From a virus (Duplodnaviria > Caudoviricetes), in IMG/VR virus record IMGVR_UViG_2857429247_000001, positions 1-64,000 of that record: a DNA stretch of 64,000 nt. One strand, 5' to 3'. The first letter of the stretch is position 1, and every line of letters starts with the position of its first letter. Of the stretch, positions 18,942 to 28,206 are shown one piece after another. Made by a program: the position numbers and the translations under genes. A model generated the notes under the pieces. That model saw only the letters and a program-made list of their open reading frames with translations, ran no database searches and had not been told where the DNA came from.

Positions 18942-19435
18942 CAGTTCAGCTCCCCGATGTCGCGGAACCACACCGGGAGCATGCCCGTCGCGGTGGGACG
19001 GATCTCGTAGTGGAAGCCGGCTTCCTCGAGAGTCTCGCGCACCTGGACCGCGAGCATGAGCCCCTGCTCCCGCGTGACGGTGGACCAGTCGGCGATCGGC
19101 TCGACGAGCGCGGCCGCGAAGGCGGCGAGTTCCGCGGTGGCGAAGGTGCTGAGCGGCAGCCCGAGAGGCAGGTGATAGAGGCGGCCGAAGACGGTCACCT
19201 CGTCCGGTGTGAAGTCGGCGATCGCGAACGGCCCGCGCACCCAGCCGACCACGGTGTGGCGCCGGGACGTCTCCATGAAGATCGAATAGGCGGCGAGCGC
19301 CCAGCCGTCGGCGAAATCGAGGTCGCCCGGCAGCGGCGGGTCACCGACGATGGCGCCGTATTCCTCGGTGGAGATCGGCTGCCAGAAGGGAGCGCTGTCG
19401 AGGCGCGGGAGGGCGGGGTCGTCGAGGCGGAGCAA
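18941..19435 (-). CDS. Hypothetical protein
   Basis: TGATG coupling to MTase; RBS GGGAG. Confidence 0.6.
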   Translation of the reverse strand: MLRLDDPALPRLDSAPFWQPISTEEYGAIVGDPPLPGDLDFADGWALAAYSIFMETSRRHTVVGWVRGPFAIADFTPDEVTVFGRLYHLPLGLPLSTFATAELAAFAAALVEPIADWSTVTREQGLMLAVQVRETLEEAGFHYEIRPTATGMLPVWFRDIGELN

Positions 19436-19480
19436 GGTCGTCTCCCAGGGGTGAAGCGATGAAGGCGTGAACGGGTGAAG

Positions 19481-19930
19481 TCAGAACGGCTCGGGGGCGT
19501 CGCACTGGAAGCGGGCGACCTCGACGCCGGCTTCTGCGAACATGACCCGGGCCGCCTCGAACTCGTCGTCCGGCATCGAGGTGGTGCCGTGTCCGGCGAT
19601 GATCCGGACGATCCCCGCCTGGATCAGCGTCCTGGCGCAGCCAGAGCAGGGGAAGTGTGTCACGTAGACCGTGCACCCGGCGGTGCGGACGCCCTCACGC
19701 GCCGCGAAGGCGATCAGGTTGGCTTCTCCATGAGAGGCGAACCTGTATTTCGCCGGCCGCACGAAGCGCTCCGGCAGGTCGGCGACGCCGGCCGGCGGCC
19801 CGTTGAAGGCGGTGAGCAGGCAGGTGCGGCCGTTGGAGGCGACGAGCACCGCCCCGACCTTGGTCGAGTCCTTCGACTTGGTCGCGGCGTGCTGGGCGAA
19901 GCCCATCAGGTATTCGTGCCAGCCGCTCAT
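19481..19930 (-). CDS. dCMP deaminase family protein
   Basis: SKDSTKVGAV, HGEAN, YVTHFPCSGC, LIQAGI. Confidence 0.9.
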   Translation of the reverse strand: MSGWHEYLMGFAQHAATKSKDSTKVGAVLVASNGRTCLLTAFNGPPAGVADLPERFVRPAKYRFASHGEANLIAFAAREGVRTAGCTVYVTHFPCSGCARTLIQAGIVRIIAGHGTTSMPDDEFEAARVMFAEAGVEVARFQCDAPEPF

Positions 19931-20469
19931 GCGGGCCGAACCTCGGCTGCCCGCTGACCGTCCCGCGCGCGCAGGAGCCCACGCCGCTTCACGGTGTGGA
20001 CCACGGTGCTGTGGTCGCGGTGGAAGATGCGCCCGATCATCGGGAAGGAGAGGTCGGGACGCGCGAGGAAGACCTCGACCATGGCGTCCTGGCGGGCGGT
20101 GATGATCGCCATCTTGCGGGAGGGGCCGAGGATCTCTTCGACGGTGATGCCGTGACAGGCGGCGACCTGCGCGATGATCCGCAGGGCCACCTTGCGCTGC
20201 GGGCCCCACTTCCGCAGGTCGCCGATGAAGGCGCCCGGTGCCAGGCGGAGTGGCCGCGGCGCGCTCGGCACCAGGGCGGTCTCGGCCTCCGGCGCAGACG
20301 GCGTCGGCGCGGCGGACGGCGTGGCCACCAGATCGGCCGGTCGCGGCCGAGGCGGCGCTTGGATGGTGCGCGGCGCCCAGGTCCGGGCCTGGATCTCGCG
20401 ATAATGCCGCATCATCGCGGCGGCATCGGTGAACTCGCGGGCCTTCGCGCCCTGTTGGAGCTGCTGCAT
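19927..20469 (-). CDS. DnaA C-terminal-like HTH protein
   Basis: ILGPSRK..IITARQ.AM...LSFPMIGRIFHRDHSTVVH. Confidence 0.8.
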   Translation of the reverse strand: MQQLQQGAKAREFTDAAAMMRHYREIQARTWAPRTIQAPPRPRPADLVATPSAAPTPSAPEAETALVPSAPRPLRLAPGAFIGDLRKWGPQRKVALRIIAQVAACHGITVEEILGPSRKMAIITARQDAMVEVFLARPDLSFPMIGRIFHRDHSTVVHTVKRRGLLRARDGQRAAEVRPA

Positions 20470-20493
20470 CGTCTCTCTCCGAAGGGGTTGGGC

Positions 20494-20721
20494 TCAGGCC
20501 GCGCGGGAGTCGATCGTCGGCGCCGCGAGGACGACCATCGCGATGCGGATGGCCTCGAAATCCAAGGGGAAGCGGGAGAGCTGCAGGTCGCGGCGCGCCG
20601 CGAGCAGGATCAGCTCGTGGGTCAGGCCCGCATCGCTGGCGATGGCCTCGGCGCTGGTGCCGTCGTCGCGCAGGTCTCGGGCGACCTGGAGGGGCGAGAG
20701 GCGTTCGGTCTGGCGGATCAT
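20494..20721 (-). CDS. Hypothetical protein
   Basis: 75-aa ORF in operon. Confidence 0.5.
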   Translation of the reverse strand: MIRQTERLSPLQVARDLRDDGTSAEAIASDAGLTHELILLAARRDLQLSRFPLDFEAIRIAMVVLAAPTIDSRAA

Positions 20722-20779
20722 GCTTGTCTCGGCGTCCGAGTGGGGCGGCGCCCCGGTTGCGGGATGACGGTGAAGCGGC

Positions 20780-21217
20780 TCAGGCCGCCTCGGGGAAGGC
20801 GTGCTCGACAGCGCCGACGGCGAGGTCTCGAGCGATCTCCAGGCTCTCGGCCGGCGTCAGGCTGCGATGCAGGTGGATCTCATTGGCGCCTCTGAGCCGC
20901 ATGGCCGTGACCCAGAGGAAGAACAGGCCGATATCCTCGATCACCGCGACGTCGATGCGCCGGGACGAGCCGTCCGGGCGCCGTTCGACCGCCAGCGCGA
21001 CGCCATGGGTCTCCTCGGCCAGTCCGGTGTCGTCAGAGCGACGCAGGATGAACAAGTGGCGCCGCGCAGAGCGGCCCAGCCATGCGGTGAATTGGAGAAA
21101 TCCGAGCGCCTCAACCGTTGATAGCAGGCGCACCTCCCGGACCGGTTCTTCGGGCCGTGCGACGTCGAGAGAGACGTAAGTCCCTTCGATGGCGATGGTG
21201 GATGGCTGAACGCTCAT
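20780..21217 (-). CDS. Hypothetical protein, first gene of leftward operon
   Basis: ATG with GGAG RBS just downstream of operator-containing promoter. Confidence 0.6.
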   Translation of the reverse strand: MSVQPSTIAIEGTYVSLDVARPEEPVREVRLLSTVEALGFLQFTAWLGRSARRHLFILRRSDDTGLAEETHGVALAVERRPDGSSRRIDVAVIEDIGLFFLWVTAMRLRGANEIHLHRSLTPAESLEIARDLAVGAVEHAFPEAA

Positions 21218-21243
21218 GGAGACCGCTCCGGTTGGTGCGATCA

Positions 21244-21297
21244 GGGTTATCCAAGTAGCTTGGACAACGCAAGAGAAAAATCCAAGCCAAGTGGATA
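21244..21297 (-). promoter_or_regulatory. Leftward early promoter with two operator sites
   Basis: Minus strand TTGCGT-17bp-TAACCC; TATCCAAGtagCTTGGACA (21248-21266) and AATCCAAGccaAGTGGATA (21279-21297). Confidence 0.7.
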
Positions 21298-21363
21298 TGC
21301 CAGCGCGGCACCGAGCCGCGCATCGGCGTCGCGCGAGTGGCCGCGGTCGCTTTCAACTGTACG

Positions 21364-21380
21364 TTACCAGACGGTTAACC
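21364..21380 (+). promoter_or_regulatory. Possible CtrA box
   Basis: TTAC-cagacgg-TTAACC (TTAA-N7-TTAA with one mismatch). Confidence 0.4.
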
Positions 21381-21463
21381 GTGTTTCGCTGTGGCGCCTA
21401 AACCGTTTTGCCGGCTTGGAGATTACTTTTGTCGGGTTAACGTCTTTCGGGGTTGATCCGCGG

Positions 21464-22756
21464 TCAAAACGTACCCGCAGCCAAATCGGCTTCCAAGGTT
21501 GATAGCGGCACACCGAGGATGAGCTTCCGGGTCCGCAGCGCGCCATGTCCGTGGCCCTCGCGGGTAATCCCGAGCCGGATCTCTTCGCCAATCCGGCCGT
21601 GCTTGAGCAGGGCCTTGGCCCGCAGCGTTTCGAGGTCGTAGCCGACGCCTTGCATGTTCATGCGGCCGATGAGGTTGTTCAGGCTTTCGACATAGGCGTT
21701 GGTCTGGAGGTGGTCCCAGTAGTTCAAGATCCACGGCCGCCAGTTGTTGATGGCATCGATGCTCGGCTTGAATGGGCGACGGTAGGCGGGCGGCAGATCC
21801 CGCAGCCATTGGTCCATGCGCTCGCTCGCCTCAGCCTTGGAAGTCGCATCGTAGATCTCGTAGTAGGCTTCCTTCCACTCGTAGGCGTGTTTGAGTTCAG
21901 GGAAGAACGTGAACAGGGCAGTCAGTTGATTGCGGGTGAAGGGCTTCGCGGTTTCCCAGCGAGCGAGGAAGACCTTCTGCTTGTTCTTGAGGTGAATGCG
22001 CTCGGACTTCGATATGTCCCCTTGGAACAGGCGTCTGATCGCCTCCACGCCTCGGTTGGATGTCCGTTGGACATGGTACTTGTCGATGACCGTAACGGCA
22101 TTCGGGAACAGCTTCTTGGTGATGCCGCGATAGTCCTTCCACATGTCCTGACAGACCACCTCGACGTGGTTCCTGCCGGGCATGGCCCCAAAGTAGCGGT
22201 TCAGGTCCAGCACCTTCCGGGACGGCTGCATGTCGAGCATGTAGCCCCGTTCGATGTCGCCGATGATGAAGCGGGCCTTCTTCTGGATGTACTTCTCGTC
22301 CATGCCGAGCACGCGGGGCATCGTCGGCACGTAGCCCTTCAGCTTCTTGGCGGCGTAGTCCTTGAAGATCCGCTCAACCTGCTTGGCATCGACGCCATTG
22401 ACCTGCGCGGCCTGATTGAACGGCCACTCAACGGCGTCCTTCTGGATGCGCCGGAGCAGCTTCTTGGTCATGTCGTGGCGCGTGTCGATGTCGGGCAAGC
22501 CCTCGTACATCGGCCTGCCGCACTCCTTGCACTTGTAGCGCTGGCGGTCAATTTCGATGAACACGGTCTGCCGCCGGTTCGGCTCATCGCGAAAGCGCAT
22601 GAGCTTCCGGCCATTCTTGACGAAGTTGACCAGCAGGCAGCACTGCCGCTCCGGCGACGAGCGCTTGCTCCTCGCCTTGATGATCAGGTCGTCGCCATCT
22701 TCGTAATCGGTGACGTGCTCCAGGTACTTCAGGCGAAGCAGATCGCTCAACGTCAC
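21464..22756 (-). CDS. ISL3 family transposase
   Basis: QRYKCKEC zinc finger, LGMDE, VCQDMW, VIDKYHV, TNAYVESLN. Confidence 0.92.
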   Translation of the reverse strand: MTLSDLLRLKYLEHVTDYEDGDDLIIKARSKRSSPERQCCLLVNFVKNGRKLMRFRDEPNRRQTVFIEIDRQRYKCKECGRPMYEGLPDIDTRHDMTKKLLRRIQKDAVEWPFNQAAQVNGVDAKQVERIFKDYAAKKLKGYVPTMPRVLGMDEKYIQKKARFIIGDIERGYMLDMQPSRKVLDLNRYFGAMPGRNHVEVVCQDMWKDYRGITKKLFPNAVTVIDKYHVQRTSNRGVEAIRRLFQGDISKSERIHLKNKQKVFLARWETAKPFTRNQLTALFTFFPELKHAYEWKEAYYEIYDATSKAEASERMDQWLRDLPPAYRRPFKPSIDAINNWRPWILNYWDHLQTNAYVESLNNLIGRMNMQGVGYDLETLRAKALLKHGRIGEEIRLGITREGHGHGALRTRKLILGVPLSTLEADLAAGTF

Positions 22757-22980
22757 TCCCCCTCGGCAGCCCCTTTGCCCGGCCGCCGCTTCTCTGCCTT
22801 TGTCAGTGCGGTCTCGACGGCTTCGCGGATGAAAACTGCGCGCCGGAACTTGCCCGCCACCGCGTCAATGCGGTCGAGCACGCCCGCTCTGAAGCGGACC
22901 AACGTCTTGTCGTCGAGCTTGTCTTTTGGCACGGCCACGGTTGTGACCGATATCGGTTTATGAGTCAAAGCTACCTCCAA
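22753..22980 (-). CDS. Small RHH-like regulator coupled to transposase (start uncertain)
   Basis: TLVRFRAGVLDRIDAVAG..RRAVFIREAVE. Confidence 0.6.
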   Translation of the reverse strand: MEVALTHKPISVTTVAVPKDKLDDKTLVRFRAGVLDRIDAVAGKFRRAVFIREAVETALTKAEKRRPGKGAAEGE

Positions 22981-23026
22981 TGCGATATCGCTTATTGACC
23001 CGTATCCGATGTCGGATTAGGTTGCA

Positions 23027-23797
23027 ATGCGTTATCGGATTGAGGATCGAATGAGCACGTTCAGGCAGCGCCACAACGAGAAGCGATTGGGACCCGCCTA
23101 CCCGGCAGAATGGCTCGTCGAAATGGAGGATGCGGATGCGTGGATAGCCAACCCAAAACACCGATGGGTCTATGACCGTCTGCTGATTGCCGAAACTCAG
23201 ACCTACGCTCACGCACCGCTCGGAGTAACGCCAAAGCGTTTCCCGGTGATCGTCAAGCCGATCACGAACCTGCACGGGATGGGGATCGGCGCCCGTTTCG
23301 TTAGCGATCCCGACAATCTCGACTATGCGCCGGGCATGATGTGGGCGGACCATCTTGAGGGCTCGCACGTCTCCACGGATGCATTGGTAGATCGAGGCCA
23401 GATCCTGTGGTCGGCGCAGGCAACCGGCGTCCCATCTGATCGGTTCGGACGCTTTGATCTATGGGCACTACATGACGCGCCAATTGAGCCAGAACTCACG
23501 ATGGTGAATGAATGGTGTAGGGTTCATCTTGGTGACTACGCCGGACCGCTCAACGTCGAGTCGATTGGCGGCCAGATCATTGAAGCACACCTACGTCTAT
23601 CGACTGATTGGCAGCGCGCAGGTTGCTACGGTGACTATTGCGGTAGCCCGCAGGCCGCTTATGGAATTCCACTATTCGGCAAGCTCCCACAAGGGAACGA
23701 CCTTCCGGGAGCTTGGATAGACGAGCGTCAGGAGGCGGATCGGCGGGCTTTTGCGGTCGTCCGAACAATCGCGTGCCAAGCGGAGTCGCTCCAATGA
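23027..23797 (+). CDS. Passenger gene, ATP-grasp-like protein (start may be 23051)
   Basis: FPVIVKPITNLHGMGIG, HLEGSHVSTD, LNVESIGGQIIEAHLR. Confidence 0.55.
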   Translation: MRYRIEDRMSTFRQRHNEKRLGPAYPAEWLVEMEDADAWIANPKHRWVYDRLLIAETQTYAHAPLGVTPKRFPVIVKPITNLHGMGIGARFVSDPDNLDYAPGMMWADHLEGSHVSTDALVDRGQILWSAQATGVPSDRFGRFDLWALHDAPIEPELTMVNEWCRVHLGDYAGPLNVESIGGQIIEAHLRLSTDWQRAGCYGDYCGSPQAAYGIPLFGKLPQGNDLPGAWIDERQEADRRAFAVVRTIACQAESLQ

Positions 23798-24012
23798 GAC
23801 ATGCTGACGGGAAGATCACCTGCGATCACTGCCACAAAGACGTTACGGCCGCGTATCTCATGTGCGACCGACTAACTGGCGAGTGGTGTCGGTCCTGCTT
23901 TTCCGATTGCCCGCTCCCGCTGACATCTGAGACTTGCTGGGGCGAAGGGTGCCCGACGCTCTGCATGGAAGCGGGCGATGCGCCGCAGGCAAACTTGAGA
24001 GACCCAGTATGA
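23794..24012 (+). CDS. Passenger gene, small Cys-rich protein
   Basis: CDHC, CRSC and further Cys in 72 aa; ATGA coupling. Confidence 0.55.
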   Translation: MRHADGKITCDHCHKDVTAAYLMCDRLTGEWCRSCFSDCPLPLTSETCWGEGCPTLCMEAGDAPQANLRDPV

Positions 24013-24497
24013 GCGAGTCTGCTGGCCCTATACGAGAGACGCTTAAACGTCTGCGAGCCGAAAACAGACGGCTGCGTATAGAGCTTATAATCGCTCAAGG
24101 CACCAACAGAGCGTTGGAGGACTGGATCAAGGGTTACCGTGTCTGCGGCAGGAAGCCATTGTGGGTCAGCCTCTACCGAGAGCAATGCGGACAAAGCATT
24201 GGTGCTGCGCGCTCTGTAGCACACACAAAATCCGCCGGTCTCGTAGACGCAGACGTGTACCAAGCAGAATGCTTGGCTCATCGGTTGGCACTTAATCGCG
24301 CGGAGGCCGCCGAGGCTCGTGCGGTTGCCCTATACGATGCTCTTTTTCGGTTCGTGTCTTCCTTCAAGGGCAAGGAAGCCTGCATGACAGACGATGCGCA
24401 AGAGCGGGCGTATGCAGACGCGGCGCTCTTGCTCGATGACATGGCCACCGCGTCGCAAGAGACGACCCATCAACCTCCAAAGCCCCAATCGACCTGA
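24009..24497 (+). CDS. Passenger gene, hypothetical protein
   Basis: ATGA coupling; ends just inside right IR region. Confidence 0.5.
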   Translation: MSESAGPIRETLKRLRAENRRLRIELIIAQGTNRALEDWIKGYRVCGRKPLWVSLYREQCGQSIGAARSVAHTKSAGLVDADVYQAECLAHRLALNRAEAAEARAVALYDALFRFVSSFKGKEACMTDDAQERAYADAALLLDDMATASQETTHQPPKPQST

Positions 24498-24597
24498 TGG
24501 GCGGCTATGGGCTTAGCAACCTCGAATGTCGGATACCCCTTTTGTCCACAGGCGGGGAGACGAAACGATGCCCAGGCTCGCCCGCCATTGCGCTTTT

Positions 24598-24612
24598 GTT
24601 CCTGATTTGTTC
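24598..24612 (+). promoter_or_regulatory. LexA (SOS) box, alphaproteobacterial type
   Basis: GTTC-ctgattt-GTTC = GTTC-N7-GTTC, 27 nt upstream of a gene start. Confidence 0.75.
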
Positions 24613-24639
24613 TGTTAAGAATATGGGAGGAGCGGAGAC

Positions 24640-24963
24640 GTGCCGAGGAGTAAGACAGTGCAGAAGGAGATCGAGATCAGGAGGGCTGCGTTCGGGCTGA
24701 TCCCGCAGCTGCCGCGCGGCCACGAGGAGGCGATCAGCGTGCTCGATTTCGCCCTCGCGATCGCCGACATCGCGACCACGCTGGGCCGGGACTCCCGGCG
24801 GTTGGCCGCGGACATCGCGATGTTGCTTCCGGATGACCCGGACGAGGCGCGGCGCACGCTCATCTTCGCGCGAAAGCAGATCGAGGAGCAGCTCACGCCC
24901 AGCGCCGTCGCCGAGGATCTCGGCATCGAGACCCCGGCGATGGAACGGCTGCGCTTGGTCTGA
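24640..24963 (+). CDS. SOS-regulated small protein, antirepressor candidate
   Basis: GGAG RBS + GTG; LexA box upstream; convergent with repressor. Confidence 0.6.
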   Translation: MPRSKTVQKEIEIRRAAFGLIPQLPRGHEEAISVLDFALAIADIATTLGRDSRRLAADIAMLLPDDPDEARRTLIFARKQIEEQLTPSAVAEDLGIETPAMERLRLV

Positions 24964-24997
24964 GGCCGCGCGGGACGGCACGCGCGGCGGGGGCCGG

Positions 24998-25315
24998 TCA
25001 GGCTTCGCTGGCCACCTCGCGCGGCTCGCCGCGCTGCTGTTCCTTGCGGATGCGGCGGATGCCGTCGAGGAGATAGGCCGGGAGCAGCGACTCGTCACCC
25101 TGGTAGATCCAGTCGAGCCCGACCTTCAGGGCCCGACAGACCTTGAGTGCCTCATCGAGAGAGATCCGGCTGATGTCCCGCTCGTAGTTGTTCCAAGTCT
25201 GGAGGCTGATGTCGACCTTCCTCGCGAACTCGGTCTGGTTCAGTCCCGTCGCGAGACGGGTCAGTTTCAGGCGCGCGGATATGGCCTCTCGGCTGGTCGG
25301 CGGGAGATCCTTCAT
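24998..25315 (-). CDS. XRE-family phage repressor (no S24 peptidase domain)
   Basis: RLKLTRLATGLNQTEFARKVDISLQTWNNYERD...LDWIYQG; about 105 aa; divergent from Cro-like gene. Confidence 0.85.
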   Translation of the reverse strand: MKDLPPTSREAISARLKLTRLATGLNQTEFARKVDISLQTWNNYERDISRISLDEALKVCRALKVGLDWIYQGDESLLPAYLLDGIRRIRKEQQRGEPREVASEA

Positions 25316-25368
25316 CCCCCTATTTTCGCGCGCCAGCGCACGGCACGCCATCAAAGCGTGAAGGCCTC

Positions 25369-25397
25369 TTGCGTTATCCAAGCGGCTTGGATATGTC
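25369..25397 (+). promoter_or_regulatory. Rightward promoter with perfect palindromic operator
   Basis: TTGCGT-17bp-TATGTC; TATCCAAG-cgg-CTTGGATA at 25375-25393. Confidence 0.8.
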
Positions 25398-25403
25398 TGG
25401 GGC

Positions 25404-25736
25404 ATGGAACCTCTCGCGGATACTGGTGCGGTGATCGACGCTCTGGGCGGCACCTATGCCGTCTCCCAGATCTTCGGCTGCCGGATGCAGAACGTCTCGA
25501 ACTGGCGGAAGAGCGGATACTTCCCGCCTGACACCTTCGAGACGTTCAGCCGTGAACTCGTGAACCGCGGTCTGACCGCGTTTCTCTCTCTCTGGCGGAC
25601 GATCCCGACCGCCCAGCTCGCCGTGATGACGATCATCCCGAGCGAGGTCTCGACCACCGGTGCCGTGGCGGTGCCGGCGGCCTGCCTCGCGGCCCCGCGG
25701 AGCACGGCCGATCTCGCGGTCGAGCGGGCGGCGTGA
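25404..25736 (+). CDS. Cro-like HTH protein
   Basis: VIDALGGTYAVSQIFGCRMQNVSNWRKSGYFP. Confidence 0.8.
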   Translation: MEPLADTGAVIDALGGTYAVSQIFGCRMQNVSNWRKSGYFPPDTFETFSRELVNRGLTAFLSLWRTIPTAQLAVMTIIPSEVSTTGAVAVPAACLAAPRSTADLAVERAA

Positions 25737-26275
25737 GATGCGGCCCCCTCGCCCGGCCGAGGCCACGACATACCGGGGCGCCCGATGAGCGCCTCGACCA
25801 CCGATCTCACCCGCGAGGGTGAGGTGCTGCCCCCGTGGCGGGGGTGTTTCCTCCCTGGACTTGGCCGGAGCCTTCGCGCTCCGGCCACCTTTGGGAATGC
25901 GGACGATAGTAGATCCAAGATTAAATCACCCATCGCGTCCTTTCGCCCTCAAATAGAGCGGCGCAAATCGCTGCTGGGCTGGAATATATGGCGAACAAAC
26001 GTGGCCGGTAAGACGCAATCTCGGTCTACTTCGCCAAATAAATCACGTCGCCGGGGCTACTGTTGCCGGAATGGCGTCGGGGTACTTGACACTGTCCGAG
26101 CCGCCGCCGGCCCCTGCCGGTTCGGTCGGCCCCCGATGCCCGGCTGAGCGGAGCCCGGCCCAAACGAAAACCGCCCGGTCCCCCCGCCTGCGAAGCAAGG
26201 GACCGAGCGGCTGATGATCGAAGAGCTGTTCACCCGGCGCCGCGGCTGCGGTCGCCCAACTCCCGAGATGGCGTT

Positions 26276-26563
26276 ATGACAAGCACAAATCCTACTGCGG
26301 CGCAAGGTCGAGGCGATGTCTCTTCGGCTGAAGGCGTCGCCGCCGACGAGCTTAAGCAGTTCATCGAGCGCCTGGAGCGTCTAGAGGAAGAAAAGGCCGG
26401 CCTTCTCGGCGACATCAAGGAGGTGTTCGCCGAGCTGAAGGGCCGCGGATTCGACGCGAAGGCCGTCCGCACGATCCTGCGCATCCGCAAGCAGGACCAC
26501 AGCGAACGTCAGGAGCAGGAGGCGATCCTCGAGCTCTACATGCAAGCGCTGAAGATGGCCTGA
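26276..26563 (+). CDS. DUF2312/GapR-like nucleoid-associated protein
   Basis: [42 protein letters not shown]. Confidence 0.92.
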   Translation: MTSTNPTAAQGRGDVSSAEGVAADELKQFIERLERLEEEKAGLLGDIKEVFAELKGRGFDAKAVRTILRIRKQDHSERQEQEAILELYMQALKMA

Positions 26564-26566
26564 GCT

Positions 26567-27016
26567 ATGGCCCGCGCGCGACGGATCCCGAAATGCGAGC
26601 TGCGGCCCGAGTGGCTGCAGCGCCGCGAGCAGGCCGAGGTGATCCTCGACCTGCCGCTCTGCCCGGCGACCAACAACCTCTATGCCAACCGGCCGGGCAT
26701 CGGTCGGGTGAAGTCGAGCGCCTACAAGACGTGGCTCAACTCGGCCGGCCTCTACGGCAGCATCCAGCGCCCCGGCCGGGTCGTCGGCCTCGTCGACGTG
26801 ACCATCCATCTCTGCGACTTCCGCGGGGACACGGACGGCCGCGCCAAGGCGCTGATCGACTGCGCCAAGAAGATCGGCGTCATCGCCGACGACGGCAAGC
26901 GGTACATCCGCCACGTCGACATCCGCCGCGGCGAGGCGCCCCCCGGCTTCGTCCGGATGAAGTTCACGCGTGTGAGCGTCGACGCGGGAACGCCTGAGAC
27001 CGAGGTGGCCGCATGA
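26567..27016 (+). CDS. RusA-like Holliday junction resolvase
   Basis: LPLCPATNNLY, GDTDGRAKALID, GVIADD. Confidence 0.7.
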   Translation: MARARRIPKCELRPEWLQRREQAEVILDLPLCPATNNLYANRPGIGRVKSSAYKTWLNSAGLYGSIQRPGRVVGLVDVTIHLCDFRGDTDGRAKALIDCAKKIGVIADDGKRYIRHVDIRRGEAPPGFVRMKFTRVSVDAGTPETEVAA

Positions 27017-28206
27017 GCGACCCTGTCAACGCCCCCTTCGACCGCGGTGAGGCCGAGCGCGCCGCAAAGGCGCTGTTCGGCAACCAGGCACTGCACCGCG
27101 CGGCCGCCGCGATGGCCGGATGCCACCCGCGCGCGCTGGACTACATCCTGCAGGCGCCCGTGATCGTCCTCTCGGCCAACGCCGGGAAGACCGGCGCGGC
27201 CGCCGCCCACTCCGCCCGCTCCTTCGCCGGCCCGCCGATGCGGATGCTGTGCGAGCGCGGCGCCAAGCTGCGCGACGTCATGGCGTTCTACGGCTGCGGC
27301 TTCCACCTCCGCCGTCTGGCCCCGAACGTCCTGCACCCGGTGCGCTGGCAGACCGTCTATCATCTCGGCCGCCTGCCGCCGTCGACCCTGTCCCAGATCC
27401 TACCAGAGGCGCGCAAGGACCAGGACGTGTGGCTGCGCGCTCTGACGGGCTGGGCCGACCATTGCGAGCGCCGCTGCGGCAACCGTTGGTTCCGCTTCGA
27501 CTGGGCGGCGGTGGCGCTGCGCGCTGTGCGGCGTGGCGAAGAGGACCTCGCCGACGTCGTCGCCGATCTGGCTATCGAGGCAGGCCGTTCCGAGCCGCGC
27601 GCCGGCGCCGTGTTCGACCTGCGCTGGACCTTCGCCCAGGCCCACGCCGCGGCCGAGCGCTGGCATGCGGCCCTGGGCCGGCATATCGCCGAGCAGAAGG
27701 TCGCCCAAGGCCTCGGCGTCGGCTTCACCGATGCCGTCGACTATGTCCCGTTCCGCAACGAGCCGGTCACCGTCGACGGCTTCGAGTTCGTGCCGCTCCG
27801 CTCGTGCGAGGACCTCTACCTCGAGGGCGCCGCGATGCGCCATTGCGTGGCGAGCTACAGCCGCGAGGTCATGGCCGGCACCGCGCGCATCTTCTCGGTG
27901 CGGCAGGACGGGCGGCGTGTCGCGACGATGGAGTTGGATCGGCCCAATGAGGTCATCCGAGAGCCTGTCGGCAGCATCGAAGGCGTCCCGCACTACAGGT
28001 TCACTGGCACTTCCACCCCCTCAAAGACCTGGCGCGTTGTCCAGCTCAAGGGACCGTGCAACGCGCGTCCCATGGCCGGCGTCGAGGCCGCCTGCCGCCG
28101 CTTCGCCATTGATGAGCAGGCGCGCGCCCATGCGCCCCTGGCCGCCGCATCCCTCCGCGACGCCTTCCCCGGCGTGACGGGCAGCTTCTCGGGAGAGGCG
28201 GCATGA
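27013..28206 (+). CDS. PcfJ-domain protein
   Basis: PLRSCEDLYLEGAAMRHCVASY...IFSVR...VATMEL...VQLKGPCN. Confidence 0.8.
   Translation: MSDPVNAPFDRGEAERAAKALFGNQALHRAAAAMAGCHPRALDYILQAPVIVLSANAGKTGAAAAHSARSFAGPPMRMLCERGAKLRDVMAFYGCGFHLRRLAPNVLHPVRWQTVYHLGRLPPSTLSQILPEARKDQDVWLRALTGWADHCERRCGNRWFRFDWAAVALRAVRRGEEDLADVVADLAIEAGRSEPRAGAVFDLRWTFAQAHAAAERWHAALGRHIAEQKVAQGLGVGFTDAVDYVPFRNEPVTVDGFEFVPLRSCEDLYLEGAAMRHCVASYSREVMAGTARIFSVRQDGRRVATMELDRPNEVIREPVGSIEGVPHYRFTGTSTPSKTWRVVQLKGPCNARPMAGVEAACRRFAIDEQARAHAPLAAASLRDAFPGVTGSFSGEAA

Larger units (their letters stand above)
21434..24538 (-). mobile_element. ISL3-family element with passenger genes
   Basis: Imperfect IRs GGGTTAACGTCTTTCGGGGTTGA / GGGTATCCGACATTCGAGGTTGC; 8-bp TSD CTTTTGTC at 21426-21433 and 24539-24546; lower GC. 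Confidence 0.9.

Noticed and set aside
17067-19010. 647-aa + strand ORF
   Set aside because: Antisense shadow of the C5-MTase caused by high GC3
21545-22963. 472-aa + strand ORF
   Set aside because: Antisense shadow of the ISL3 transposase
23027-24012. Graspetide RiPP cluster
   Set aside because: Small ORF looks like a zinc finger, lacks leader/core repeats; no transporter or peptidase
25785-26147. 120-aa ORF after cro (CII-like position)
   Set aside because: No recognisable motif, weak RBS and atypical composition; left unannotated
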